Below, piece after piece: positions 29,399-38,956 of a DNA stretch of 64,000 bases. This DNA comes from Ignavibacteria bacterium (GTDB lineage: Bacteria; Bacteroidota; Ignavibacteria; Kapaibacteriales; UBA2268), in assembly GCA_026417135.1 (NCBI GenBank), contig JAOADV010000004.1, positions 814 through 64,813 on the forward strand. The letters are read 5' to 3'. Within the stretch, counting starts at the first letter, position 1; the number at the start of each line of letters is the position of its first letter. The position numbers and the translations under genes were made by a program. The notes below the pieces were generated by a model. It searched no databases, had not been told where the DNA came from, and worked only from the letters and a program-made list of their open reading frames with translations.

Positions 29399-30658
29399 AT
29401 GAGTAAAACCCCATTAGAAAGGTTCATTTCTTATGCTAAAATTAATACTCAATCGAGTGAAAATAATTCCAACGAGACTCCAAGCACTCGCTCTCAATTT
29501 GATTTAGCGAATCTTTTGGTTGAAGAATTAAAAGAGATCGGAATCGACGACGCCGAAGTTGACGAGCATTGCTACGTTATGGCGACTATTCCTTCGAACT
29601 TGTCCACAACTGAATTTGATGGTGTGGACGTTCCCTACATTGGGTTTTTAGCCCATCTGGACACATCGCCCGAAGTTTCTGGTGAAGGTGTAAACCCGCA
29701 AATAATAGAAAATTACGATGGTGGGGACATTGTTTTGCCCAAGGACCCTAATGTTGTCATCCGTTTGTCGGAAAACCCTCTTCTTAGCAAATGTATTGGT
29801 CATACGATAGTAACCAGTGATGGCACGACTTTGCTTGGGGCTGACAACAAAGCGGGGATAGCAGCAATTATGTCTATGGCTGAATACTTGCAAACCCACC
29901 CAGACATTCCGCATGGAACGATACGTATATGCTTTACTCCCGACGAGGAAATCGGGAATGGAACTAAATACCTCGATTTAGACAAATTCAATGTGAAATA
30001 TGCCTATACCGTTGACGGCGATTTGCCGGGCGAGTTAAACAAGGAAACTTTTAGTGCCGACCAAGCAACAATAACGATAATTGGTAGGGACATTCATCCC
30101 GGGACTGCTAAAGGTATTATGGTTAACTCTATTAGAATTCTTGCTGATATTATAGCTCGATTACCGAAAGACATAGCTCCAGAAACGACTGAGGGCTACC
30201 AACCTTATATACATCCGTATATTGTAGAAGGTGGTGTTGGTAAATCAACGTTAAAGCTCCTGTTGCGTGATTTTCGAACTCCCGGTTTGGATGAGTTGAA
30301 AAAAATACTCGAAAAAATTGTTGAAGATGTAAAAAAGATTTATCCAAAGTCTGAAATTACGATTGAAACAAAGTTTCAATACCGAAATATGCACGATGAA
30401 CTTGAAAAGCACCCAGAAGTTTTAGAAAATATGTGGGAGGCAGTGATTCGAAGCGGAATTGAGCCATATTGGAAGCCAATTCGAGGTGGTACCGATGGTG
30501 CTCGGCTGACTGAAAAAGGAATTCCTACTCCGAATATTTTCACTGGTGGAACAAACTTCCATAGTAAAACCGAATGGTTATCTGTAAATTATTTAAATAA
30601 AACCGTTGAAACTTTGGTGAATCTTGTACAAGTTTGGGTCGAAAAATCTCGGAAATAA
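29399..30658 (+). CDS. pepT: peptidase T (tripeptide aminopeptidase, M20B)
   Basis: MSKTPLERFISYAKINTQS…AHLDTSPE…DNKAGIAAI…TPDEEIGNG are M20/PepT motifs. The start was chosen at the internal ATG (29399), not the ORF-track start at 29330. Confidence 0.85.
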   Translation: MSKTPLERFISYAKINTQSSENNSNETPSTRSQFDLANLLVEELKEIGIDDAEVDEHCYVMATIPSNLSTTEFDGVDVPYIGFLAHLDTSPEVSGEGVNPQIIENYDGGDIVLPKDPNVVIRLSENPLLSKCIGHTIVTSDGTTLLGADNKAGIAAIMSMAEYLQTHPDIPHGTIRICFTPDEEIGNGTKYLDLDKFNVKYAYTVDGDLPGELNKETFSADQATITIIGRDIHPGTAKGIMVNSIRILADIIARLPKDIAPETTEGYQPYIHPYIVEGGVGKSTLKLLLRDFRTPGLDELKKILEKIVEDVKKIYPKSEITIETKFQYRNMHDELEKHPEVLENMWEAVIRSGIEPYWKPIRGGTDGARLTEKGIPTPNIFTGGTNFHSKTEWLSVNYLNKTVETLVNLVQVWVEKSRK

Positions 30659-30669
30659 AAGGAGACAAC

Positions 30670-32769
30670 ATGGCAAACGACCATTATCAATCGAGTTCCA
30701 GTATTCATCTTCCAGAGAATGCCCGAAGGGAACTTAAGCCGGGCGAGGTTTACAGGCCAATCCTTCAACCGGAATATCGATTCCCCGAGGTAACGCCTTA
30801 TTCGTTTTTTTTAGGATTGTTGATGGCTGTAATTTTTTCTGCCGCTGCTGCATACTCTGGTTTAAAAATTGGACAAGTTATGGAAGCTGCCATTCCAATT
30901 TCTATAATCGCTGTTGGAATAGCCGCAGCTGCAAATAAGAGCAAGGCTCTTGGACAAAATGTAATTGTTCAATCGATTGGTGCTTCTTCGGGTGTGATTG
31001 TGGCTGGTGCAGTTTTTACTATTCCAGCACTTTACATATTGAAACTGGATGCCTCGTTTTTTCAGATTTTCTTTGCTGCTGCTCTTGGAGGTTTCCTTGG
31101 AATTCTTTTTTTAATCCCATTTCGTAAATACTTTGTCAAAGAAATGCATGGCAAATTCCCTTTTCCCGAAGCAACAGCTATTACAGAAATCCTTGTGACA
31201 GGTGAAAAGGGTGGCAAAAGTGCTGGGGTTCTGGTTACAAGCGGTTTAATAGCCGGAATATACGATTTCCTTTTTTCTGCATTCCATTTTTGGAAAGAAA
31301 CTTTCACTTCGAGAGTTTTGCCTTTCGGAGAAGTTTTGGCTGATAAAGCTAAGATTCTTTTCCAATTGAATGTAAGTGCGATGATTTTTGGGTTTGGTTA
31401 TTTGATTGGGTTAAAGTATGCTTTAGTAATAACAATTGGGTCTTTCCTATCTTGGTTTGTTCTAGTTCCATTAATTAATCAAATTGGCTCTATTGTTGCG
31501 GGTGGAGGGGACAATTTGTTTGCCTCAATGCAGCCCGAACAGATTTTTTCTTTATATGTTCGACCCATTGGTATTGGAGCCATAGCGATGGCTGGAATTA
31601 TAGGAGTTATCAAATCCTCGAAAGTTATTTTGTCGGCGTTTTCACTTGCTTTTGGTGGATTTCTAAAAGGTAAGCCTAAACAAGTTTCATCAGATGACAA
31701 TCTTCGTACTCAGAAGGACATTCCGATGAATACTCTATTGATTTTGCTTGCTTTTACCATAATTGCTATCTTTATTTTCTTCCTTTTTGGTGTAAATATT
31801 ACTCCATTGCAAGCTATAGTAGCTTTATTAACAGTTATTATTATTTCTTTCTTATTTACCTCTGTTGCTGCAAATGCTATTGCTATTGTTGGTACCAACC
31901 CAGTTTCTGGTATGACTTTGATGACCTTGATATTGTCCTCTTTCATACTAACCCAAGTTGGGCTAAGCGGAAGCGAAGGTATGGTTAGTGCTCTAATAAT
32001 TGGTGGTGTTGTTTGTACTGCTTTGGCGATGGCTGGGGGATTCATTACAGATTTAAAAGTTGGATATTGGATTGGTTCGACCCCATTGAAACAAGAAAGT
32101 TTCAAATTCATTGGTGCTATTGTTTCCGCAGCAACTGTTGGTCTGGTTATTTTTATTCTCCAAGCATCTTATGGATTTACAAAGGAAGATTATGTAAGAA
32201 ATCAAAATAAGTTTACCTACGAAGAACTTTTACAAATCGAAAATAAAACTGCATCGAAAGAATTAATGGAACGTTACCAAAATGAACTTAATAAGGCAGA
32301 ACCTTTGGTCGCTCCACAAGCAAATGCAATGGCAGCAGTTATTCAACCTTTAATGTCCCCCGAAGCAAAGGTCGATTGGATGCTCTATCTCGTCGGTGCT
32401 TTTATCGCTCTATTTGTGAATTGGTTAGGGATTTCGCCACTTGCGTTTGCATTGGGGATGTATATACCTTTGCCCCTAAATACTCCATTGTTGGTTGGTG
32501 GACTAATAGCTCATTATGTTGAGAAAACAAAAGATGAGAAATTACGAAGTGCTCGTGCTCAAAGAGGAACTTTAATTGCTTCTGGGTTCATTGCTGGAGC
32601 CTCACTTTTTGGAGTAATCGCCGCTTTATTATTATTCTTCAAAGTTAGATTGTACGATATTGTTGGAAATTGGAAAATAAGTACCGAAGCTGAATATTTA
32701 AGTTTAATTATGTTTGCTTTATTAGTTGTTTATTTTATTTGGGATACATTGAAAGCACGACCCGAATAA
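30670..32769 (+). CDS. OPT-family oligopeptide transporter
   Basis: ~700 aa with 14-16 predicted TM helices. The Gly-rich OPT-like helices are present. The start was chosen at MANDHYQ (30670), not the ORF-track start at 30634. Confidence 0.75.
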   Translation: MANDHYQSSSSIHLPENARRELKPGEVYRPILQPEYRFPEVTPYSFFLGLLMAVIFSAAAAYSGLKIGQVMEAAIPISIIAVGIAAAANKSKALGQNVIVQSIGASSGVIVAGAVFTIPALYILKLDASFFQIFFAAALGGFLGILFLIPFRKYFVKEMHGKFPFPEATAITEILVTGEKGGKSAGVLVTSGLIAGIYDFLFSAFHFWKETFTSRVLPFGEVLADKAKILFQLNVSAMIFGFGYLIGLKYALVITIGSFLSWFVLVPLINQIGSIVAGGGDNLFASMQPEQIFSLYVRPIGIGAIAMAGIIGVIKSSKVILSAFSLAFGGFLKGKPKQVSSDDNLRTQKDIPMNTLLILLAFTIIAIFIFFLFGVNITPLQAIVALLTVIIISFLFTSVAANAIAIVGTNPVSGMTLMTLILSSFILTQVGLSGSEGMVSALIIGGVVCTALAMAGGFITDLKVGYWIGSTPLKQESFKFIGAIVSAATVGLVIFILQASYGFTKEDYVRNQNKFTYEELLQIENKTASKELMERYQNELNKAEPLVAPQANAMAAVIQPLMSPEAKVDWMLYLVGAFIALFVNWLGISPLAFALGMYIPLPLNTPLLVGGLIAHYVEKTKDEKLRSARAQRGTLIASGFIAGASLFGVIAALLLFFKVRLYDIVGNWKISTEAEYLSLIMFALLVVYFIWDTLKARPE

Positions 32770-32782
32770 TACTGAGGTTGAA

Positions 32783-33865
32783 TTGAAAATCAATTTGTCT
32801 TCCAAACAAAAAAGAATTGGGAAGATTCTTAATTATTTTATTTCCTTTGTTATTCTTATTGTTTTGATTTATTTGTCGTTGAAGGAAATAGATATAAATA
32901 CACTTACAACTTATATTATTTCAGCAAATTACGTTTGGGTTATACTGTCGGTCCCGATTATGTTAAGCTCCCATTGGGCGAGAGCGTTGCGGTGGAGAAC
33001 GATGCTTGCTCCAATTACGACTGCCAAATCAACTTGGAACTTGTTTTCTGCTGTGATGGCCGGATATGCAGTGAATAACATAATTCCCCGAGGTGGCGAA
33101 ATTCTTCGTCCGTTTTATTACAGCCGCAAAGAAAAAATTTCTTTCACTATGACTTTCGCCACTATCATTGTCGAACGTTTTATCGACCTATTTTCTTTAT
33201 TACTCCTTTTTCTTTTGAGTTTTTACTTTTTTCGGGAACAACTTAAAGTTGCCTTACCAAATTTGCATATAGAAAATCTTTTAATACCAACATTTTTAAT
33301 TATCGTTGTTGCTTCTTTGAGCTTCTATCGGAATTGGGTAAATTTTTTACTTTTAAGAATTATTAAGCCATTTTCTTTGAAATTTTTCAATAGATTGAAC
33401 GACTTGTTCGATAAATTCTTTCTTGGTTTAAGAATTATCAAGCAACCATCTCAGTATTTTCAACTTTTTGTCGAGTCCCTACTTATTTGGTTTCTTTATA
33501 CTTTACCTCTATATTTTATGTTTTTTTCTTTTGGATTCGTCGATAAATACAATCTTGGTTTCGACGATTCGATTTTACTTATTGTCGTTTCTGGAATTGG
33601 ATATACAATTGCACCGACACCCGGTGCGATTGGTTTCTACCATTTTCTTGTGCAAAATACTTTAAATAAACTTTATGGCATTAGCCTCGAAGAAGCTTTG
33701 GCTTTTGCAACGGTAACCCACGCTTTAAATTATTTTTCACAAGTAATTATTGGTGGTATCTTTCTTTTCCACGAACAAATTTCACTTCTTCCCAAAATTG
33801 AACCAAACTCCGAATTTGAAAATGACAAAAATTCGCCTACGGAAAACAAGGAATCCAAGAATTGA
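32783..33865 (+). CDS. lysylphosphatidylglycerol-synthase-TM-like (UPF0104 / flippase-like) membrane protein
   Basis: 360 aa with 8 TM helices. ARALRWRTMLAPI and G/P-rich loops resemble the LPG_synthase_TM family. The ORF track starts it at a TTG. Confidence 0.45.
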   Translation: MKINLSSKQKRIGKILNYFISFVILIVLIYLSLKEIDINTLTTYIISANYVWVILSVPIMLSSHWARALRWRTMLAPITTAKSTWNLFSAVMAGYAVNNIIPRGGEILRPFYYSRKEKISFTMTFATIIVERFIDLFSLLLLFLLSFYFFREQLKVALPNLHIENLLIPTFLIIVVASLSFYRNWVNFLLLRIIKPFSLKFFNRLNDLFDKFFLGLRIIKQPSQYFQLFVESLLIWFLYTLPLYFMFFSFGFVDKYNLGFDDSILLIVVSGIGYTIAPTPGAIGFYHFLVQNTLNKLYGISLEEALAFATVTHALNYFSQVIIGGIFLFHEQISLLPKIEPNSEFENDKNSPTENKESKN

Positions 33866-34991
33866 ATCGGGTTACCTTTGGATTTACAATAATGAAATCT
33901 CATCAGTTTCGAACGTCGAGCCCGGAGAAATTGTTGAAGTTGTAACAAAAGATGGCGTTTCTTTTGGACTTGCTTTTGTCAATCCACATAGTCTCATTAC
34001 TCTTCGTCTTTTGAAAATTGAAAAGCTGGAATCGCTTCGAGACACAATTAGGCAAAGACTTGTAAAAGCACATCTTTTAAGAAAAAAAATTTTCCCCGAC
34101 GAACGTTGTTACAGACTGGTCTATTCCGAATCGGATTTGCTCCCCGGTCTTATTATCGATAGGTATGGCGATTATTTTGTTCTTCAAGCCAACTCCGCTG
34201 GAATGGAGAAACTAACGAATTTTCTTGTAGAATGCTTACTCGAAATTTTTCCTTCCACCAAAGGAATCCTGGCAAAAAATAACACCAAATTTAGGAAATA
34301 CGAAGGCTTGGATTTATATGAGAAAGTGCTTTATGGTGATATTCCTTCGGAGATAATTGTCGAGGAAAATGGAATACACTACGTTGTTAATCTATTGTCG
34401 AGTCCAAAGACTGGGCTTTTTCTCGACCAAAAACTTAACAAACTCTTTATTCGACAAATATCCTCTGGTTCGAAAGTTCTCGATTGTTTTTCGAGTTTTG
34501 GGGGTTTTGCACTGAATTCGGCAAAAGGCGGAGCCGAGCACATCACTTTAGTCGATATTTCAGAATCGGCAATTGAAATTGCTCGAAGGAATTTTGCGAT
34601 AAATCATTATGTTAATGCTGAATTTATAGTTTCCGATGCACTTGATTTTTTGCGTGAATCATATAAGCAGAAAAAGAGATGGGATTTGGTGGTCTTGGAC
34701 CCACCTTCTTTTACCAAAAGCAAAGAGAATGTTCAATCTGCATTAGTTGGGTATAGACAAATCAATAAATATGGAATGAGGGTTACGAAGTCTGGTGGCT
34801 TTTTTGCAACTGCAAGTTGTTCGATGTATGTTGATGAAACAACATTCTTAAAGTTGTTGAAAGATGTTGCTTATTCGCAAAAATTAGCTTTAAATGTGAT
34901 TTATAAAGGGACACAATCCCCCGACCATCCGATTTATCTACCAATGCCAGAGACTAAATATTTGAAATTTTTTGTTTTCCAAATTGTTTAA
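33822..34991 (+). CDS. rlmI: class I SAM-dependent 23S rRNA methyltransferase, RlmI/RlmK-like (PUA plus methyltransferase domains)
   Basis: MTKIRLRKTRNPRIESGYLWIYNNEI (PUA-like N-terminus) …VLDCFSSFGGFALNSA (motif I) …DPPSF (motif IV). Internal start chosen; the longer ORF (33750) would overlap the upstream gene by 116 nt. The chosen start still overlaps it by 44 nt. Confidence 0.75.
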   Translation: MTKIRLRKTRNPRIESGYLWIYNNEISSVSNVEPGEIVEVVTKDGVSFGLAFVNPHSLITLRLLKIEKLESLRDTIRQRLVKAHLLRKKIFPDERCYRLVYSESDLLPGLIIDRYGDYFVLQANSAGMEKLTNFLVECLLEIFPSTKGILAKNNTKFRKYEGLDLYEKVLYGDIPSEIIVEENGIHYVVNLLSSPKTGLFLDQKLNKLFIRQISSGSKVLDCFSSFGGFALNSAKGGAEHITLVDISESAIEIARRNFAINHYVNAEFIVSDALDFLRESYKQKKRWDLVVLDPPSFTKSKENVQSALVGYRQINKYGMRVTKSGGFFATASCSMYVDETTFLKLLKDVAYSQKLALNVIYKGTQSPDHPIYLPMPETKYLKFFVFQIV

Positions 34992-34995
34992 AGAT

Positions 34996-35832
34996 ATGGA
35001 ATTGATTTATGCACTCATTATCGGAATTATTCAAGGACTGACCGAATTTCTTCCAATTAGCAGTACAGCCCATATGACATTACTTGCGAAACTACTACAA
35101 AGCAAGTTGATAGAAGACCCACATCTGTGGACTGCTTCGATGGCTACAATCCAGCTTGGGACTTTGCTTTCACTCCTTATTTATTTTAGGAAGGAAGTAA
35201 TCGAAATTCCCTCAGATTTTTTAAAACATATTTTTGCACCTTCTTTTACCAATAGTTCAAGAGTTAATTCGAACTTTCGACTTGGTTTACTGATACTATT
35301 TGGCTCGGTACCTATTTTTTCGCTTGGGTACTTATTCAAAGATTTTATCGAAGGTGATTTTACGAAAAATAATTTCGTGATAGCAACAACTCTTATTCTT
35401 GTTGCTATTTTGTTGTTTATCGCAGAAAAAACGGGGAAGTTCAAAAAAAGCCTCGATGAAATAAATGTTTTCGATGCAATAATAATTGGTTTTGCTCAAT
35501 CGTTAGCTTTGATTCCGGGCGTTTCGCGCTCGGGGGCAACTATAACAGCTGGCTTGTTTTTAAATATCAAACGCGACGAAGCAGCCCGTTTTTCTTTTCT
35601 ATTATGTATTCCAGCAATTTTTGTAAGCGGGGTTTACGAATTCTATACAAATTTTAAATATTTTTCAAGCGAGGACATAGGTTTCATTCTTGTAGCTTCG
35701 ATAGTTTCCTTTTTTTCTGGTTACTTGGCGATAGCTTTTCTTTTGAACTTCCTTAAAACAAAATCGACATTACCTTTTATCGTTTATAGAATTGTCTTAG
35801 GTTCTATTATATTTGCGTTAGCTTTATGTTGA
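34996..35832 (+). CDS. uppP: undecaprenyl-diphosphatase (BacA/UppP)
   Basis: MELIYALIIGIIQGLTEFLPISSTAHM is the canonical UppP N-terminus, and PGVSRSGATITAGL is the second conserved motif. The start was chosen at the internal ATG (34996), not the ORF-track start at 34972. Confidence 0.9.
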   Translation: MELIYALIIGIIQGLTEFLPISSTAHMTLLAKLLQSKLIEDPHLWTASMATIQLGTLLSLLIYFRKEVIEIPSDFLKHIFAPSFTNSSRVNSNFRLGLLILFGSVPIFSLGYLFKDFIEGDFTKNNFVIATTLILVAILLFIAEKTGKFKKSLDEINVFDAIIIGFAQSLALIPGVSRSGATITAGLFLNIKRDEAARFSFLLCIPAIFVSGVYEFYTNFKYFSSEDIGFILVASIVSFFSGYLAIAFLLNFLKTKSTLPFIVYRIVLGSIIFALALC

Positions 35833-36545
35833 AATTTGCTTTCCTTATACTCTTAGTTTCTGCTTTTTTTTCCTGCGAAAAACAAACGCATAAGGAGGTT
35901 AACCAAACTGTTCGTCCCAGTATTGAAGGAAAAGTTGAAGAAAAATTCCCAATTAGCAGATTAAAATTCGACATACAATTAAATCCAGATTCTATTAAGA
36001 TAACTCATTATGCGACAATTTGGACAAGTTTTGGACCTTTCAAGTTAGCCCTTTATGGTAAGGACGCACCGCTGACTGTTAAAAATTTTGTCTCGCTTGC
36101 TCGTAGTGGATACTTCAATAATACTTTAATTCATAGAATTGCAAAAAATTTCTTGATACAAATGGGTGACGGGACAACAAAATTTAAATCCAAAAAGGAC
36201 GAGTGGGGTAAAGGAGGGAAAAGTATTTACGGTGGGTTTTTCCCCGATGAAATAAAAGCCAACTCCTACATTTACAATGTTGGCTATACTTATGGAACTG
36301 TTGCAATGGCAAATAGTGGACCAAATAAGAATCTGAGCCAATTTTTTATTTGTTTGGAAGAGGCTGAATTTCTTGAAAAGAAATACACAATATTCGGTAA
36401 AGTCGTCGAAGGAATAGAAGTTATCGAAACTATTGCAGGGCAAGAGATTATACCCTACAAATTCGATAGTCTGGATGGAACTCCCAAAAAACCAATAAAA
36501 ATATTTAAAGTAACGATAGCAAAGAACACTAATTCAAAACGTTAG
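35826..36545 (+). CDS. cyclophilin-type peptidyl-prolyl cis-trans isomerase, lipoprotein
   Basis: Lipobox SAFFSCEKQ. Cyclophilin core FGPFKLALYGKDAPLTVKNFVSLARSGYFNNTLIHRIAKNFLIQMGD…ANSGPNKNLSQFFI. Confidence 0.9.
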   Translation: MLKFAFLILLVSAFFSCEKQTHKEVNQTVRPSIEGKVEEKFPISRLKFDIQLNPDSIKITHYATIWTSFGPFKLALYGKDAPLTVKNFVSLARSGYFNNTLIHRIAKNFLIQMGDGTTKFKSKKDEWGKGGKSIYGGFFPDEIKANSYIYNVGYTYGTVAMANSGPNKNLSQFFICLEEAEFLEKKYTIFGKVVEGIEVIETIAGQEIIPYKFDSLDGTPKKPIKIFKVTIAKNTNSKR

Positions 36546-37398
36546 CCAAATTCAACTCGATAATCATTCCATCGAATAAATTACTTTTTCCAATTCTTTT
36601 TGTGTACTCTAAGTGTTCGGATGGCGTTTCAGAGGTATCGGACAATTTGAAATCGATTTCACCGACAGCCAAAACTTTATCCACTTCGATTGCTTTCCCT
36701 TGGAATTCACCACCAATAACGATACACGTTTTTTTAACTTTTGTTTGAAGTAATAGCTCGGCTTTATCGAAAAGGTCCACCATAAGTTTCAAGTCGTTAT
36801 TTTTAGTTTCCTCGATGACTTTCATTGCAAGGTCAAATTCTTGTCGCGATTTTAATTCTTCTACTTTTATTCCAATTTTGTGTATCTTCGAGTGTGGTTC
36901 TTCGAACTCTTTCAAAAGTGTTTGAAAAAAGTAGTTATCAGTTTGGTAAGAATAATACCATTGCCCAAATTTACATTTTGTGGGGTCTGTTGTTAGAGTA
37001 AATGGTCTTCTTTCAATTGTAGATTTAATTAATTCATCTATCCAGTTAATATGGTCTTGTTTACGTTCTTTTAAGGTAGATATCAATTGGAGATTTTCCT
37101 CTTCAAGCGACGGCAAGTTGAACTTTTTTCTTAAACTAATAACCGTGATTATTACACCTCTTAAAGTAAACATACCCAGAATTTGGGGGGGCTGACCTGG
37201 TAAAACGGTAAGTTCCGGCATTTTTATTATTCCGTTAACCAAGTGCACTGGGATACAATATTTGTTCTTTCCTAATTGAAATAGAACAAACTTTTCGTTG
37301 GTATTTTTAGATTTTTGCTTCTCTTTGGTGTGGGAAAAATCGTAGTTCATTTTTCGTTCCTTTACTAAAAAAGCAAAAATAATAGAAAAGTTTCGCAT
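36529..37398 (-). CDS. CheW-like coupling protein with an inserted CZB (chemoreceptor zinc-binding) domain
   Basis: The N-terminal CheW half KFVLFQLGKNKYCIPVHLV…TLRGVIITVISLRKKF aligns with E. coli CheW residues ~18-75. The C-terminal CheW half KTCIVIGGEFQGKAIEVDKVLAVGEIDFKL…DGMIIELNLANVLN is also present. Between them lies a ~125 aa insert carrying the full CZB signature: DHINW, 25 aa, CKFGQW, 21 aa, HSKIH. Confidence 0.65.
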   Translation of the reverse strand: MRNFSIIFAFLVKERKMNYDFSHTKEKQKSKNTNEKFVLFQLGKNKYCIPVHLVNGIIKMPELTVLPGQPPQILGMFTLRGVIITVISLRKKFNLPSLEEENLQLISTLKERKQDHINWIDELIKSTIERRPFTLTTDPTKCKFGQWYYSYQTDNYFFQTLLKEFEEPHSKIHKIGIKVEELKSRQEFDLAMKVIEETKNNDLKLMVDLFDKAELLLQTKVKKTCIVIGGEFQGKAIEVDKVLAVGEIDFKLSDTSETPSEHLEYTKRIGKSNLFDGMIIELNLANVLN

Positions 37399-37574
37399 TT
37401 TATTGCGATGCAGTATTTTAAAGGTAAACTATTTTCAAGTTTGGGTAAATTTTTTCCCCAATATGTTTGTTTTATACGAAGAGAGTATAAGGAAGGACCA
37501 AAATTCTATATTGTTTTCCTAATTCTTATTGTTTTACTTACATCTGTTGAAAATTTTGAGCGAAATTTTGTAAA

Positions 37575-38951
37575 TTGTTTTGTTTTATGAAAGTTAAATT
37601 TTCGATAATGCTTCTTTTTGCATTGATGAAAGTATTTCTTATTCTTCATTGCTGCGATGTTTTTTGTGGTAATTCTTTGATTCAAAACGACGATTTAATT
37701 ACCCCGAAGGATAAACCAATTGTTAGATTTATAAGGATTTATGGGGAACAAGGCGAACAATTTCCCCCAATAATAATTATCAGAGATGATAAGGGGACAA
37801 TTTCTCAAGATTTTTCCGGAGGTCAGCTGGTAGTCGAATTCGATGTTGCATCGCAAGTCCCTCCAAATCTCTTTGCTCGTTTCTTCCATTGTAGTTACGA
37901 TTGGAAAGAGAATGAAAATGTTTTTATAAATGAAGTATCGAATTACAGGACAAGCGATATTTTTTGGCAAGCTGGACCTTCGCATTCGAGATATTACAAT
38001 TTTCGTGGTACTTTAAAAATTCCAAATCAGCAAATAAAATTTAAATACGCCGGCAACTGGAAAGTAAAACTGTTCGATTATAACGACCCAGAAAAATCGC
38101 TTGCAGAAGCAAAATTTTTTGTTGTCTTACCTTTAGTCAATTGTGAATTACGGTTTTATTCTGACTTTTACACCCCCGAAAGAAATGTTACTGCTTCGGC
38201 ATTTCATATCGAGGCGTTAGTTTATTCTAAGTCTTCGTCGGGCATTGTCGATAACTACATTCACAGCGTGGGACTCTATAGAAATCATCGCTGGAATGAA
38301 CCATTTTTTATTTCTCAGTATCTTTCGACAAATTATGTTTACAAGTATAAATATGAGTTCGATACACAAATTTTTGGTTTCATCCGTAGTGGTAAAGTTT
38401 TCCGTATAGGGGGAATACCAGCTGAAAATGGATATAGGGTCATAGATTTAACCAATTTAGTTCTTTTCCCATCGTTAAATGCTCCGATTCGCCTTCCTCT
38501 TTCGGATATACGGCGTCGAGGAAGTTTTTTCGAGCCTCACGATGACGGAGCAATGACAACTACATTCATTTCTCCAAATTACGATGAATATGTATATCTT
38601 GAATTTGTTCTCGATACCGAAGGGTGGGAGGTTAAGGATGAAGTTTTTATTTCTGGTTCTTTCAATAATTGGACACCATCTGTCGAATGGAAGATGTTTT
38701 ACGATGACCGCGAAAGGGTTTATAAGCTTAGGCAATGGGTTCGCCGTGCTCGACATAATTATTTATATGCAACTGGGGTAATAACCGATGATGGTAAAAT
38801 TGAGAGTTTATCTTACGATGAATTGGAAGGTAATACCGTAACGAGTGGGCATACTTTTTTTGCTTTTGTTTACTACCGAAATCCAGCCTTTGGCGGTTAC
38901 GATGAGATTATTGGTGTAGCTAAAGATACATATTTTTCCGCAAGAAGGTAG
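37575..38951 (+). CDS. hypothetical exported protein, possibly T9SS-associated (beta-rich)
   Basis: 458 aa with a hydrophobic N-terminal signal peptide. No enzymatic motifs; aromatic-rich and beta-rich. The T9SS association is a low-confidence impression from general composition. Confidence 0.4.
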   Translation: MFCFMKVKFSIMLLFALMKVFLILHCCDVFCGNSLIQNDDLITPKDKPIVRFIRIYGEQGEQFPPIIIIRDDKGTISQDFSGGQLVVEFDVASQVPPNLFARFFHCSYDWKENENVFINEVSNYRTSDIFWQAGPSHSRYYNFRGTLKIPNQQIKFKYAGNWKVKLFDYNDPEKSLAEAKFFVVLPLVNCELRFYSDFYTPERNVTASAFHIEALVYSKSSSGIVDNYIHSVGLYRNHRWNEPFFISQYLSTNYVYKYKYEFDTQIFGFIRSGKVFRIGGIPAENGYRVIDLTNLVLFPSLNAPIRLPLSDIRRRGSFFEPHDDGAMTTTFISPNYDEYVYLEFVLDTEGWEVKDEVFISGSFNNWTPSVEWKMFYDDRERVYKLRQWVRRARHNYLYATGVITDDGKIESLSYDELEGNTVTSGHTFFAFVYYRNPAFGGYDEIIGVAKDTYFSARR

Positions 38952-38956
38952 AAAAT

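Noticed and set aside
33750-33865. Long 116-nt overlap between the LPG-synthase-like gene and the longest rlmI ORF as a sign of frameshift or fusion.
   Set aside because: An internal ATG at 33822 gives an N-terminus (MTKIRLRK…) matching the RlmI PUA-domain start. That reduces the overlap to 44 nt. The upstream gene's TTG start and exact end are themselves uncertain.
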